From: Escherichia phage vB_EcoM_10C2_SA_NWU
Sequence record: OR062525
Direction: 5' to 3' (one strand)
DNA length: 64,000 bases
Shown: positions 54,448 to 64,000 of the stretch, one piece after another
How the letters are laid out: every line of letters begins with the position of its first letter
Position numbering within the stretch: the first letter of the stretch is position 1
Notes under the pieces: model-generated
Database searches by the model: none
Told to the model about the DNA's origin: nothing
Seen by the model: the letters and a program-made list of their open reading frames with translations, nothing else
Made by a program: the position numbers and the translations under genes

Positions 54448-56877
54448 TTATTTATGGTAATAAATAATACGACGAACACCTTCATCGTACCACCCACGCT
54501 TCACCATCTGGTGGTGCATGAGTATTCCAACTAAGTCACACAACGATGCACCGCCATTTTGTTGGTATGCATTAAGTAAAGAGTGTTTAGATCGGGTCCA
54601 GATAGCATGACCATCAAAAGAGTAGATAAACTTCTTACCTGTTGCTTCCCAGAATTTCTCCAGATCCTCTTTGCGCCCCTTAAGACCTGGGTTGGCATCC
54701 CAGAGTGCATCGATTACCCTTTGTCCCAACTCTGGGGAGATGTCCAGCATATCTGCAACTTTATCTTTTTGTGCCCCGTACATAACCCCATACGTGATAG
54801 GTTTACCGTCGTTACGGGACACCTCTCTGCCTGCCACTTTTGTATATGCCTCAGCATTGTTTTGGTGTGCGTCTCCGTTACTTACAACATCATAATACAA
54901 GCCGTTGTCGAACTCAAAGGCACCCCAAGCCCCGATAAGCTGCTCTAAGTTGGACCCGTCAATACCGATCTCAAAGTATCCCGGAGGAACACCCCACAGA
55001 CTACGCATCTCTTTACCCATAACCACTTTAGGAGATGGTTTAGGCATGTTTGCACAAATACTGTGTTTCTGTCTGGAAGTGTTTGTTAATCCAGAGCTTT
55101 TAGCAGGAAGCTTATGGTCAATCTTCAAACGTGGGTGATTAAGAAGACCAGTATCAACCTTATCCTCCTTGATTGGATCAAGGACCGATCTGCGGTTTCG
55201 CAATGATAACCACAAGACGATATCTTTAGCCATCTCTCCGTTCAATTTTTCAAGATTTGGGCATAGGTGTCCAAACGTATCTTTCAGTTGCGGAGAAGTA
55301 ATAAGTGCCCTGGCTTTTCTACGTATTTTCCCGAATACTTCCTTTTTAATCCTTTCGGAGTTAGGAAAGCTTCGGAACTTGTGCACGGTTGTCTGGAACT
55401 TAGCATCAGTTTTGTTCCAGAAGTTGATAATTAGGTCACAATACTCTGACTCCAAAAGCTCGTCCATATATGCATATACTCGTGCATCAACATCTGCATC
55501 AGGTAAAGCTTTCTTCTTGCTGTCTTTAGTTACATCTTTAGTTCTCCACATTGTTGGTAACCATCCGGCCCCGATAAGGTATCTTTTGATATCATCCTGA
55601 TTACTTATCTTCATAGGAACACGGCAGTCTGGCATTCTCTTCTGCCGCAAATCCTGCATTGCTTGCCGCATCAGGTTTTCTGGAAGAGGTTGTGGTTTAG
55701 CAGACCCTTGCAAGTAGCCACGTAAAAACTCAGGCATCATTTCTGGGTCACTGCACCCCATTTCAATACACCACTTAGCGCCAATTTTGCTAACATCCCC
55801 AGATGTTGTAAATGCCCGTTTTGGAGGCTCTTTGAACTCAAGGGCTTCCATATCAACAGGGTAACCAAGCTTATCTTTTAACCACTTCCAGCCGTTGTTT
55901 GAAATCGTACCATCCTGGTTAAAAGGTTTCTCTGGGAATTTCGGTCTTTGTGATTGAGACAGCTCTTTTAGCGGCAACTGAGGCTCCACACGATCCGCGA
56001 TCTCTTTCATCCAAGCATCACAACGATCTCTGAGCGCCAACGCACCATCTATGTCGAAATATACCCCTTGTCGGGCCTGCAATTCCATTAAAAAATGTTG
56101 CAGCATCCCTCTACGTAGTGCATTTTTCCAGTTAATCTTTTTAAAGCCGTGTGGTTTCTCTTTCTCTGGATCATACATAAAGTTCTGCATGTCAGATTTA
56201 CCATAAAACACACCTTTAGCCTCTGCTGTCAGTTCCTTCCATAGAAGTTCTTGAATGATAACGTCTTCAAATACACGATCAACATACTTCCACAGAGGTA
56301 AATTTCTCCAGTCATCAATTTTAACCTTCTGGTTTCCTAAAGCGTACCCCCACGCCATTAGGCCATGAGGACCTACCTGCTGCATACGTTTTGTAACAGG
56401 ATTGTATACAGAATCAGGGCATCCTTTAGGTAACGGTCTGTCGGGCCATAGTATACGACTCATTGGCAGAGTGTCGAACAGGTTCACCTGATGATTATTG
56501 ATTGTCCCCATACACTTGGGATCACGGAACATATCAAAATGAATACCAGACAGCTTCTCCATCAAGATAAAGTCATAACTAAAACAGTTGTGACAACTTA
56601 ATGATGTGGGTGACCAATCGGAGTTCCCGGTTAACCACCATTCAAGCTGGCTGAAATCCGCAATACGGACAGAGCAGCTAGGATAGATATCTTGCTTTGC
56701 CAGCATAAATTGTTTTGCTTTTTCAACCTCCTCTTCACTGTAATGAGATCTATCATTGATAGGCAAAAACAACATAAAATTATTTTTATTCAACTCTTTA
56801 AACAGGCCACAATGGTAGTAAAGATCTTCCTCGTCCAGAAGACCTGAGGCCTCAAAGTCAAAATTCCACATACTCAT
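54448..56877 (-). CDS. family A DNA polymerase with N-terminal 3'-5' exonuclease domain
   Basis: Exo I FDFEASG, Exo II HNCFSYDF; motif A-like GIDGSNLEQL, motif B-like RNDGKPITYGVMYG, motif C variant WYDEG; AAGGAGAA RBS. Confidence 0.6.
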   Translation of the reverse strand: MSMWNFDFEASGLLDEEDLYYHCGLFKELNKNNFMLFLPINDRSHYSEEEVEKAKQFMLAKQDIYPSCSVRIADFSQLEWWLTGNSDWSPTSLSCHNCFSYDFILMEKLSGIHFDMFRDPKCMGTINNHQVNLFDTLPMSRILWPDRPLPKGCPDSVYNPVTKRMQQVGPHGLMAWGYALGNQKVKIDDWRNLPLWKYVDRVFEDVIIQELLWKELTAEAKGVFYGKSDMQNFMYDPEKEKPHGFKKINWKNALRRGMLQHFLMELQARQGVYFDIDGALALRDRCDAWMKEIADRVEPQLPLKELSQSQRPKFPEKPFNQDGTISNNGWKWLKDKLGYPVDMEALEFKEPPKRAFTTSGDVSKIGAKWCIEMGCSDPEMMPEFLRGYLQGSAKPQPLPENLMRQAMQDLRQKRMPDCRVPMKISNQDDIKRYLIGAGWLPTMWRTKDVTKDSKKKALPDADVDARVYAYMDELLESEYCDLIINFWNKTDAKFQTTVHKFRSFPNSERIKKEVFGKIRRKARALITSPQLKDTFGHLCPNLEKLNGEMAKDIVLWLSLRNRRSVLDPIKEDKVDTGLLNHPRLKIDHKLPAKSSGLTNTSRQKHSICANMPKPSPKVVMGKEMRSLWGVPPGYFEIGIDGSNLEQLIGAWGAFEFDNGLYYDVVSNGDAHQNNAEAYTKVAGREVSRNDGKPITYGVMYGAQKDKVADMLDISPELGQRVIDALWDANPGLKGRKEDLEKFWEATGKKFIYSFDGHAIWTRSKHSLLNAYQQNGGASLCDLVGILMHHQMVKRGWYDEGVRRIIYYHK

Positions 56878-56939
56878 AGTATAAACGTTCTCCTTAAAGG
56901 GGAGGCGGTTGTACTACCCCTCCCACTCTTTGTTAAACA

Positions 56940-59018
56940 TTAAAAAGGCGTTTCATCATCCTCAAAACCAGGGACTGGGTCAGAGGATGGATCATCATAC
57001 GGAAGGTCTTCTTGTGTGTCAACAGGCTTAACAGTAGGAGTTACAACCTTATCAGCCACAACCTTGCCCATAGGTGTTTCTACAACTGCATGCTCCTGAT
57101 CCTCAAACATAGCCTGAGGTCTCCAAACAACCTCCCCACCTTCTCCATCTGTAAACATTTGCATTTCTTTGTCCCAGTACCAATTACTGGCATCATGAAA
57201 CTTACCTGTATGTGGGTCCATAACCAAAGTGTCTGCAATACCCAATGTTTTTGCTGGACGGTTTTTAAGACCTACTAAACGGACACGCCCACGAGAACGA
57301 TCCACCATTTCTTCGGCCTCGACACCTATGACTACCCAACTCAACTGTTCAAGCCCAGCCGATCCTCGCAAATTCTCTTTTCGCACAGGATACCAGAAAG
57401 GTAACGGGTTACCATCCTTGTCTTTAGGAGGCACAATCTCTGTACGTTTGAGGTGAGCGATCACCAAGATAAACACGTTAAACTGCTTACAAAACGCAGC
57501 CAGTTGGGTCATAGCCATGTCCAGCTCTTTTCGCTCATCCTTAACATTAAGCCCCGAAATTACCATGGACAAGTGATCCAGCACAATATAACGACAATGG
57601 TACAGGCAAACCATTTGCTTAAGCTTGGTAATCAACTCGTCCACCGGAATAGACCCGAAATGTTTGAACACTTTGATTTTTCCAGCTTTTGCCCATGATT
57701 GGTGAATCTCTGCGTGTTCTTGATCAGTTAAAAACTGGCTAGGATCTTCAACAAACTCTTTAACATCAAACCCTAACTGGTTTGCATACAAGGAGTTAAT
57801 TGCTTCCTCTGGGTCCTCCTCAAGATGAATCATGCATAGACGATCATCCTCTTCGTAATCATCAGCTTTTGGACATGTCGGGTCCATTAGGTATCTTGCA
57901 ATACAGTGTTCCAGTTTTTTAGCTACAGTTGTTTTACCGCCTCCTGATGGACCTGTAAGCATTACGAGTGTCCCTTTGTGCAAGCCTTTTAGCATTTTTT
58001 GCAGTTTTGGGAACTCTGCGCTGATATCTACCCCGTTGGAAGTCTTTTTCCGCAAAGACTCGATAGAGAAGTCTTCTAAATCCGACACAGCATCAGGCAC
58101 ATATTTAACAGGGTGCCGGAACATGTTGACAATATCTTCCAGCTTTTTAGCCTTCAGCATGTCACGGATATCTTTTACCCCGTCAGGGTCATTTACTTCA
58201 CCAGGGTATTCTACGTGGTAAACGTTATCAGCCATCAAAAATGCTGCGATATTGTGCGTGGCCTCAACACCTTTAATGACGTGTTTTTGCTTCTCTACCT
58301 CGTTAGCTGCATCGTTATCCATTGCCAGCACAACTGTTCCATAGCTACGGATAAACTTCTCATTGTTTGCAAAAGTATCTACTGCGTTTGCACATCCACA
58401 GTTAATTCCAACAAAAGGCAGGCAGGGTTTTCCTGCCAGATCACCACCGTTGATAACTGCGTCGATCCCGTCCTGGACCTCTTTAGCCCACTGCTTCACC
58501 TTTGCCGGGGCTTTAGCGTTGGTGAGAATCCCTTTTACTTGTATCTGATATGCAGCCTGCCATGCTGCAATAACATCACCTTCTCCCTCACAAACGTTAA
58601 TCTGCTTACGGTTGTTGGAAGATGCACACAGCTTTTGACCAAACATCTGGGAGTTGGCCTTTACGATGCCAACAACGGAGAAGTGGCCCCTTTGTTCTTT
58701 AGGAATAGTCCAGTCACGCTTTTTGAAACCGGACAGATTTCCGTAGCGGTCGTAATATGGGAAATATGTTGCAGTGACTGTCACACCGTCTTCTTGTGAC
58801 AATGCTGATCGCACACCAAAATATTGTGCAGCCATCAGACCGATATTTTGTTGTGGGACAGGGACAATTTTAGTATTTTCTAAAACAGTCTCTACAGTTT
58901 CAACCTCTTTTTCATCACGATAGTCTCGTTTCACACTTCCCCCACTTTTATACTTAGTTGCTTTCGGGTTTGGCTCACCGAAACGGTTGTATGCAGATGC
59001 CATAAATTTACTTCCCAT
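56940..59018 (-). CDS. primase-helicase (TOPRIM primase fused to DnaB/gp4-like helicase)
   Basis: TOPRIM motifs CEGEGDVIAA and LAMDNDAANE; Walker A MLTGPSGGGKTT; Walker B IVLDHLSMV; AAGGAG RBS. Confidence 0.7.
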   Translation of the reverse strand: MGSKFMASAYNRFGEPNPKATKYKSGGSVKRDYRDEKEVETVETVLENTKIVPVPQQNIGLMAAQYFGVRSALSQEDGVTVTATYFPYYDRYGNLSGFKKRDWTIPKEQRGHFSVVGIVKANSQMFGQKLCASSNNRKQINVCEGEGDVIAAWQAAYQIQVKGILTNAKAPAKVKQWAKEVQDGIDAVINGGDLAGKPCLPFVGINCGCANAVDTFANNEKFIRSYGTVVLAMDNDAANEVEKQKHVIKGVEATHNIAAFLMADNVYHVEYPGEVNDPDGVKDIRDMLKAKKLEDIVNMFRHPVKYVPDAVSDLEDFSIESLRKKTSNGVDISAEFPKLQKMLKGLHKGTLVMLTGPSGGGKTTVAKKLEHCIARYLMDPTCPKADDYEEDDRLCMIHLEEDPEEAINSLYANQLGFDVKEFVEDPSQFLTDQEHAEIHQSWAKAGKIKVFKHFGSIPVDELITKLKQMVCLYHCRYIVLDHLSMVISGLNVKDERKELDMAMTQLAAFCKQFNVFILVIAHLKRTEIVPPKDKDGNPLPFWYPVRKENLRGSAGLEQLSWVVIGVEAEEMVDRSRGRVRLVGLKNRPAKTLGIADTLVMDPHTGKFHDASNWYWDKEMQMFTDGEGGEVVWRPQAMFEDQEHAVVETPMGKVVADKVVTPTVKPVDTQEDLPYDDPSSDPVPGFEDDETPF

Positions 59019-59772
59019 TAATTCTGCTCCTTACTACAGGCTCGTTTGCTAAGAATACGGCTTTTGCCCAGCCACGTGGCGTGAGGCTTCGGATCATCTT
59101 CGTTCTTGCACTCTTTCCACCCAGCTTGGCGTGTTGCATGGAATACCCGCTAACCGCGTCAACTATTTGCGGGACAGGTTTTGTGGCCGGGATTATAAAT
59201 CCATTGCCTATCCAGCCGCAAGTTATTTTTGGATAGGCATCACGTGGAGCTATAAATTCAGGAAACCAGGGGTTTACATCATCCTCCGGTAAATACCCAC
59301 CATAATCCGAAGGATGAAAACGGTAATCAGGTTTTCGCCACAGTGTGGACATAACCCCTACAGGATTCTCTACATGCCACGGGCAATCGTAAATCTCTCC
59401 CAACTCTTCCGCAACCCGAGCATCCTTTACAGCATTAATTTGGATCAAAGGATCCTTAGCCAGCTTTTTCTTAAAATGTGCAGCACCTGATACCGCTAAA
59501 TGCGTGCACGGAGGAAATGCAAGAATAAAGTCTGGAGCTGGATACATGCAAAAAGTTTCCTGAGGGAACCATGGGTCAATCCAATAATCCACATAGTGAA
59601 TGTTAGGATGATCGGTTATCACCTCTGCATAACTGCCGTGGTCAGCACCTTCTGCATTAAAGCACAGGCACAGGTACCCAGCTTTTGCCCAGTCAATAAC
59701 TGCACCACCAGACCCGTCAAATAGACTCCACACAACACCTTTGTGGTAGTGTTCTTTGTAGATGAATTTCAA
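59008..59772 (-). CDS. DNA (cytosine-5)-methyltransferase-like protein (small)
   Basis: motif I FDGSGG, motif IV-like FPPCT, motif VI VENPVG; start moved to in-frame TTG after GGAGA because the track start lies inside the upstream terminator stem. Confidence 0.5.
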   Translation of the reverse strand: MKFIYKEHYHKGVVWSLFDGSGGAVIDWAKAGYLCLCFNAEGADHGSYAEVITDHPNIHYVDYWIDPWFPQETFCMYPAPDFILAFPPCTHLAVSGAAHFKKKLAKDPLIQINAVKDARVAEELGEIYDCPWHVENPVGVMSTLWRKPDYRFHPSDYGGYLPEDDVNPWFPEFIAPRDAYPKITCGWIGNGFIIPATKPVPQIVDAVSGYSMQHAKLGGKSARTKMIRSLTPRGWAKAVFLANEPVVRSRINGK

Positions 59773-59790
59773 TTTGCTGTCTCCTAATGC

Positions 59791-59817
59791 AAAAAGCCCC
59801 ACCCTTTCGGGCAGGGC
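59791..59817 (-). terminator. rho-independent terminator
   Basis: GCCCTGCCC-GAAA-GGGTGGGGC hairpin with G.U pairs followed by TTTTT on - strand; near-duplicate of terminator at 48736. Confidence 0.55.
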
Positions 59818-59823
59818 CTAGTG

Positions 59824-60306
59824 TTAAACCCGGATACCTATTGTATACTCGGTGGATACCAATGTCAAATCTAAATTTAAAATTTCTTGCATCTCATAAT
59901 ATGCGTCCAGGGTTAGGTACATTTCCCCATCCTTTTCTACATACTTGTCCAAGTGCTTGAGGCATTTCGGATAACTATCAAGTGCAGCTTTCAGGCACTC
60001 AAACTCTGTGCTGTTGATGAATCCTTCCATCTTGGCTACCCGTTCTGGGGTAATGATAGCACTGTAGTGAGATTTAGCTTCCTGAATGCAATGGGTCCAA
60101 GCATCAACCTTCTCTTCGAAAAGTCCAAAGAACTTCTTTTTGGTGAGCTTCAGATTCTTTAAGTGCTTAAGCACTCGGTTGCCGATTACAGCCACATCAC
60201 GAAACTTAAGAATCACTTTGTCGATATCCTCGCGACCTATTTTCACAAAACAGGCCTTACACATTTCAGGGGAGGAATAACCAACTTTCCACATAAAATC
60301 TGACAT
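59824..60306 (-). CDS. hypothetical protein
   Basis: co-directional ORF. Confidence 0.45.
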   Translation of the reverse strand: MSDFMWKVGYSSPEMCKACFVKIGREDIDKVILKFRDVAVIGNRVLKHLKNLKLTKKKFFGLFEEKVDAWTHCIQEAKSHYSAIITPERVAKMEGFINSTEFECLKAALDSYPKCLKHLDKYVEKDGEMYLTLDAYYEMQEILNLDLTLVSTEYTIGIRV

Positions 60307-60318
60307 ACCACCTTCTCC

Positions 60319-60714
60319 TTATTCCTTAAAAGCTATGATATCATAGGAACTTGCAGATGATTCTGGTGAAGAATGACTCCAGTCCAGGTCATCAGAATAG
60401 TCAGCGTACTGTGCGCCACTACGCAGTTTGTATTTTACCCACTTACCTGGTGCAGGGTTTTCACCACCTTCCCATACTTCCCAGCCTTCTGGCAGGCCGT
60501 CCTGAGCGTAGTCATCCACCTCACTAATGATCTTAGGGTTTGGCACCAAGATCCCCGCAGGCTCTTCCTTCCGGATAAGTGTCCACACAGCGTATGTGTC
60601 TGAGCAGGCGCATGATAGCAAAGTATATCCACTATTCAGAACTTCTGCAAGCTCTTTTTCAGCATCTTCCAATTTGGTTAAGTGGTATTGGATAATCTTC
60701 ACACCTGTAATCAT
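60319..60714 (-). CDS. hypothetical protein
   Basis: co-directional ORF. Confidence 0.4.
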   Translation of the reverse strand: MITGVKIIQYHLTKLEDAEKELAEVLNSGYTLLSCACSDTYAVWTLIRKEEPAGILVPNPKIISEVDDYAQDGLPEGWEVWEGGENPAPGKWVKYKLRSGAQYADYSDDLDWSHSSPESSASSYDIIAFKE

Positions 60715-61016
60715 CAGAAACCTCCCACTTCTTCAGCAAATGCAGCTGCTGTCGTCGCTGCATCCAGATAGGACTCTAGTTCACGGGCTGCACGTTTGTA
60801 AATTGAGTGGCGCATATCGTTTGGCAGTTGGTGGAAGTCCACCTCTTCACCGTTGTGGTAAACACGCACATCGGTAATTTGTCTAAACCCGTAATAGTCA
60901 ACATCAGAGTCACGGCACTCCGAGTCTGGCAACTGGACAACTGCCTGAGCTTCCACAGTAAACATATCGTCAAGTTCGAAATCGATTTCAAAAGTGTATG
61001 GTTTATAACGTTTCAT
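60714..61016 (-). CDS. hypothetical acidic protein
   Basis: co-directional ORF. Confidence 0.4.
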   Translation of the reverse strand: MKRYKPYTFEIDFELDDMFTVEAQAVVQLPDSECRDSDVDYYGFRQITDVRVYHNGEEVDFHQLPNDMRHSIYKRAARELESYLDAATTAAAFAEEVGGF

Positions 61017-61076
61017 CGTTTAGTGCTTCCTTAGTTTTTGTGGGGAGGAGTGCCTCCCCTTTATACTCACATCTTA

Positions 61077-61418
61077 CTACTCAAGGTCTTCAGAGTCAAG
61101 CTCAAAAAGAATCAAACTGTGCATGCCTGCAGAGAGATCAACACACCCTGCAACAATAAGGGTTTGATAGTAAGGTTCAGCACCCTCAATGTCTTCGTTA
61201 AAATCCACAACAAGGTAGTCACCTTTGTTAAAGGTGTATTTGTCCGATGTAAACGCAAAACCTGCCCAGTCCCCTACTGCAGGATCTTTATCAGTCACCT
61301 TGGTTAGCAGTAGATCTTTTTCACGAGATCTTTTAGTAAAATCGTGAATCACAACATCCTTCTCTTCAGGAGTTGGATTGCCGCACACGTAGTTAACGAT
61401 ATTTCTCCACAAACTCAT
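61077..61418 (-). CDS. hypothetical protein
   Basis: ATGA-coupled to helicase gene. Confidence 0.4.
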   Translation of the reverse strand: MSLWRNIVNYVCGNPTPEEKDVVIHDFTKRSREKDLLLTKVTDKDPAVGDWAGFAFTSDKYTFNKGDYLVVDFNEDIEGAEPYYQTLIVAGCVDLSAGMHSLILFELDSEDLE

Positions 61419-62785
61419 ACGTCCCCCTCTTCTGCTCTGGTTTCAAAATCTTTCCTGACAATTCTGTCTAAGTCAGGGAATGTTGTATTGTAAAACTCTA
61501 CGACTCGCGGGTCAACAATAATGTCAACCTCTCTTAGTGGACGCAACAAGTTTATTCCTTGTATTGTCTTAACTCTACTCAAAGCGACATACGTCATCCC
61601 AGGAGAGAAAGCTCCGTTCTTTCCAAGGTCTAGGTTGTAACAATCTAGTGTAAGTCCTTGACTTTTATGAGATGTTACAGCGTACCCAGATTTCAGAGGA
61701 AGTTGCTTGTATGACCCAATCACTACCCTCTCTATAAACTTCTCCATCTTCCTTTCTGCAATGTTGTATCTCTGGGATGGCTTATACTCGTTATTCTCCC
61801 ACAACCTCTGCTCTATGTCAACCTGTGTTCCATCTTCAAGCTCTACCACCACCGCCTTGTTCTTAAATTTAACAATTGTAGCACGTGTTCCGTTAACATA
61901 ATAAGGTACTTTGTGCGTCGGGTCAACATCGTTGGCGGTTATCATAACTTTCATGCCAATTTTCAACTTCATCTCCTGCTCAACTGGCAGGGTGGAGGGA
62001 AACTTACCCTTCATTTCACCAGTGTATACCTTCTCTGGGGCGTTGATGGCATCATAGAACCTTCTGTTCACTTCCTCTGCTTGTTTGTTGGTGGCGCAAA
62101 TTGTGAGAGCGTCTGTTGGTACACCTCCTTTGTAACAGCGAGCATTAAGTTCTGCTACAACCTCTTTTATGCGACGACCCTCACGAACACAGTTGAGCAT
62201 TGTAGTAAATCGAATAGACTCCTGTCGGAACTGATCTATTAGGGCTATGTTGTGGAGGTCAAGCTCTTTCCAAGATTCGGTATAGCAACACAGGTCCGTA
62301 TGGTAGAAGTTGAAGTAGGCTTCCTTCTCCATAGAAGAGACAACAGGAGGTGCCTGGTAAAAATCGCCAAACAATATGACCTGTATGCCTCCGAAAGGTT
62401 TGTCATTTTTTCGAAGGAAGCGGAGTTTCCTATCCATCTCTATAAACTTATCAGCACGGATCATAGAGATTTCATCGATAATTAGGATGGTAAATGCCTT
62501 GCTTTTCAAAGGCTTTGCTGTTTTTGCCCTTATTGCGGTCCAGTCTGACTCCATGCTCACACCTGCTGCAAGATCGAAGGTTCGGTGTGCTGTTGCTCCA
62601 TTAACGTTTAAAGCGGCTACCCCTGTCGGGGCAACCGTTATGCAAGAGTCTCCATACATCGACTGGATCATGTTGATGAGATACGTCTTCCCACAACCTG
62701 CAGGTCCTGAAACGAAGACATTCTCACCGCTCATGATTGCAACGAGGGCAGCATCTGTGCCTACATCATACTGCCCTTTTTCCAT
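61415..62785 (-). CDS. Dda/RecD/Pif1-like SF1 DNA helicase
   Basis: Walker A VSGPAGCGKTY, Walker B ILIIDEISMI, C-terminal VTSHKSQGLT motif. Confidence 0.7.
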   Translation of the reverse strand: MEKGQYDVGTDAALVAIMSGENVFVSGPAGCGKTYLINMIQSMYGDSCITVAPTGVAALNVNGATAHRTFDLAAGVSMESDWTAIRAKTAKPLKSKAFTILIIDEISMIRADKFIEMDRKLRFLRKNDKPFGGIQVILFGDFYQAPPVVSSMEKEAYFNFYHTDLCCYTESWKELDLHNIALIDQFRQESIRFTTMLNCVREGRRIKEVVAELNARCYKGGVPTDALTICATNKQAEEVNRRFYDAINAPEKVYTGEMKGKFPSTLPVEQEMKLKIGMKVMITANDVDPTHKVPYYVNGTRATIVKFKNKAVVVELEDGTQVDIEQRLWENNEYKPSQRYNIAERKMEKFIERVVIGSYKQLPLKSGYAVTSHKSQGLTLDCYNLDLGKNGAFSPGMTYVALSRVKTIQGINLLRPLREVDIIVDPRVVEFYNTTFPDLDRIVRKDFETRAEEGDV

Positions 62786-63990
62786 TACGCCTCCTCGTAA
62801 AGAATGTCGATAGTGTTACCGTCACGATCAACTACATATTCAATAGGGTCTCCATCTTTGCGTGCTTCCGGAGCTACCACAATCTCATAGCGGCATGCAC
62901 GGCACTTGGCGCTATTGTGTTGGTATGGCACACTAACCACATCTGCAGGGTCAACCATGACAGTCATTACAGTGCCGTAGCTCTTTGCATACTCTTTGCT
63001 GGCGCAGTGTAAGCCATAGGAGCACGCAGCTTCCGGATCATCCTCTACAAAGTTACGAGGCATGGATACAAAAGCACCCTGGTATTGTGGAACTTTACCA
63101 CTGTGCCAATCCACCCACTTGCTGCCGTTAAACTGAACCCCTTTGTAGCAAATGATTCGACCATCTTCTGCAATCTGGATATCGTTGGCCTGCATAAAAT
63201 CGTAGAGCATGTTTACAGATTTTGCAGAAGGATTGCGTAGCAGGCGAACGAGGAATTTCACATAGCGGTCATCCAGCGTTCCGTCTGCATAATCTTTCTC
63301 AATTTTCTTTGCAATGGTGGATCGCATCTCTACACCGTAGTAGTAGAGCTTACCATCTTTCATGATCAGGTTGTCTGCAAGTGTGGTGAACTCATTCTTG
63401 CGTTCCAGCCAGACAAGGATTTCACCAATTGCCTCATCATATTCCTGAACAGAGATATGGTCGAAGACTTTCTGGTAAACTTCCTCACTTTCGCTGCGGC
63501 GAATTTCAAAAATGCCTTCGTTGCAGGTGATCTGGAGGAGTTCCCCACAAATAACTACCAAAGGCTCGATGCTTCGAGTCTGTTGCTGAGACACACTGCT
63601 CACCACCTCCAGCACCGGATCTTTGACTTCTACTAAAGGTTCTTCTGACTTGATTGCTACCCCAGTGAACCCCACACCGTGAACAACACACAGGGGGTAT
63701 ACCACGCCCCAACGTTTAACGGAACCTTCGCCTAAATCTAAGATCATAGCGTACTTACCGTTATCTTCCAGACCGTATCGAAATAAACGGGCCTCTTCGC
63801 GGGTTTCAAAATCCTCACGGGTGTAGCAGACGCTGTCACGGTCAGGATCGAACAACTCTGGGGCACCAACTGCCAGTGTCCAGGTTGTGTCGCCTTTCTC
63901 AATGGCACATGTGAAACCCTTCTTCTCAAGTTCTGCACGGCGGTCTCGTGCTTCTTTACGGGTTTTGAAATGTTCGTAGATGAAAATCAT
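62785..63990 (-). CDS. hypothetical protein (401 aa)
   Basis: long ORF heading the replication gene array; no motif recognised. Confidence 0.45.
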   Translation of the reverse strand: MIFIYEHFKTRKEARDRRAELEKKGFTCAIEKGDTTWTLAVGAPELFDPDRDSVCYTREDFETREEARLFRYGLEDNGKYAMILDLGEGSVKRWGVVYPLCVVHGVGFTGVAIKSEEPLVEVKDPVLEVVSSVSQQQTRSIEPLVVICGELLQITCNEGIFEIRRSESEEVYQKVFDHISVQEYDEAIGEILVWLERKNEFTTLADNLIMKDGKLYYYGVEMRSTIAKKIEKDYADGTLDDRYVKFLVRLLRNPSAKSVNMLYDFMQANDIQIAEDGRIICYKGVQFNGSKWVDWHSGKVPQYQGAFVSMPRNFVEDDPEAACSYGLHCASKEYAKSYGTVMTVMVDPADVVSVPYQHNSAKCRACRYEIVVAPEARKDGDPIEYVVDRDGNTIDILYEEA

Positions 63991-64000
63991 CTTGGTCTCC

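Noticed and set aside
54583-55600. Several + strand ORFs (54583..54948, 54905..55138, 55169..55600)
   Set aside because: All antisense within the family A polymerase ORF.
58113-58799. 228-aa + strand ORF
   Set aside because: Lies entirely antisense within the primase-helicase gene, which has clear Walker A/B and TOPRIM motifs.
1-64000. Prophage or integrative element boundary
   Set aside because: No integrase, transposase, att-like tRNA fragment or host housekeeping genes; gene content is consistent with a virulent phage segment.

Overview
This window reads as a contiguous piece of a large virulent tailed-phage genome with no structural genes, integrase or transposase. Two gene blocks converge on a 2.5 kb repeat-rich noncoding region (about 31030-33545). 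The + block (49-31026) holds a recombination-nuclease set (flap endonuclease, RuvC-like, endonuclease VII-like, DEDD exonuclease), two N6-adenine methyltransferases, a nucleotide-metabolism cluster (dNMP kinase, HAD hydrolase, ThyX-like, NrdA, NrdB, glutaredoxin-like, NrdD, NrdG), PhoH, a ClpP-like protease, a ribosome hibernation factor homolog and a long run of small ORFs including an expanded paralog family. The nrdD gene is split by a group I intron carrying an HNH homing endonuclease. The - block (33547-63990) holds about 30 small early-type ORFs, each with promoter-like and hairpin elements, then a TARG1-type macro domain protein, a replication module (SSB-like, family A DNA polymerase, TOPRIM primase-helicase, Dda-like helicase) and a C5-cytosine methyltransferase-like gene. 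A second repeat-rich noncoding region lies at 44217-45235. All calls rest on motifs read by eye; no database search or folding was run, and small-ORF starts are approximate (TTG/GTG starts appear common).
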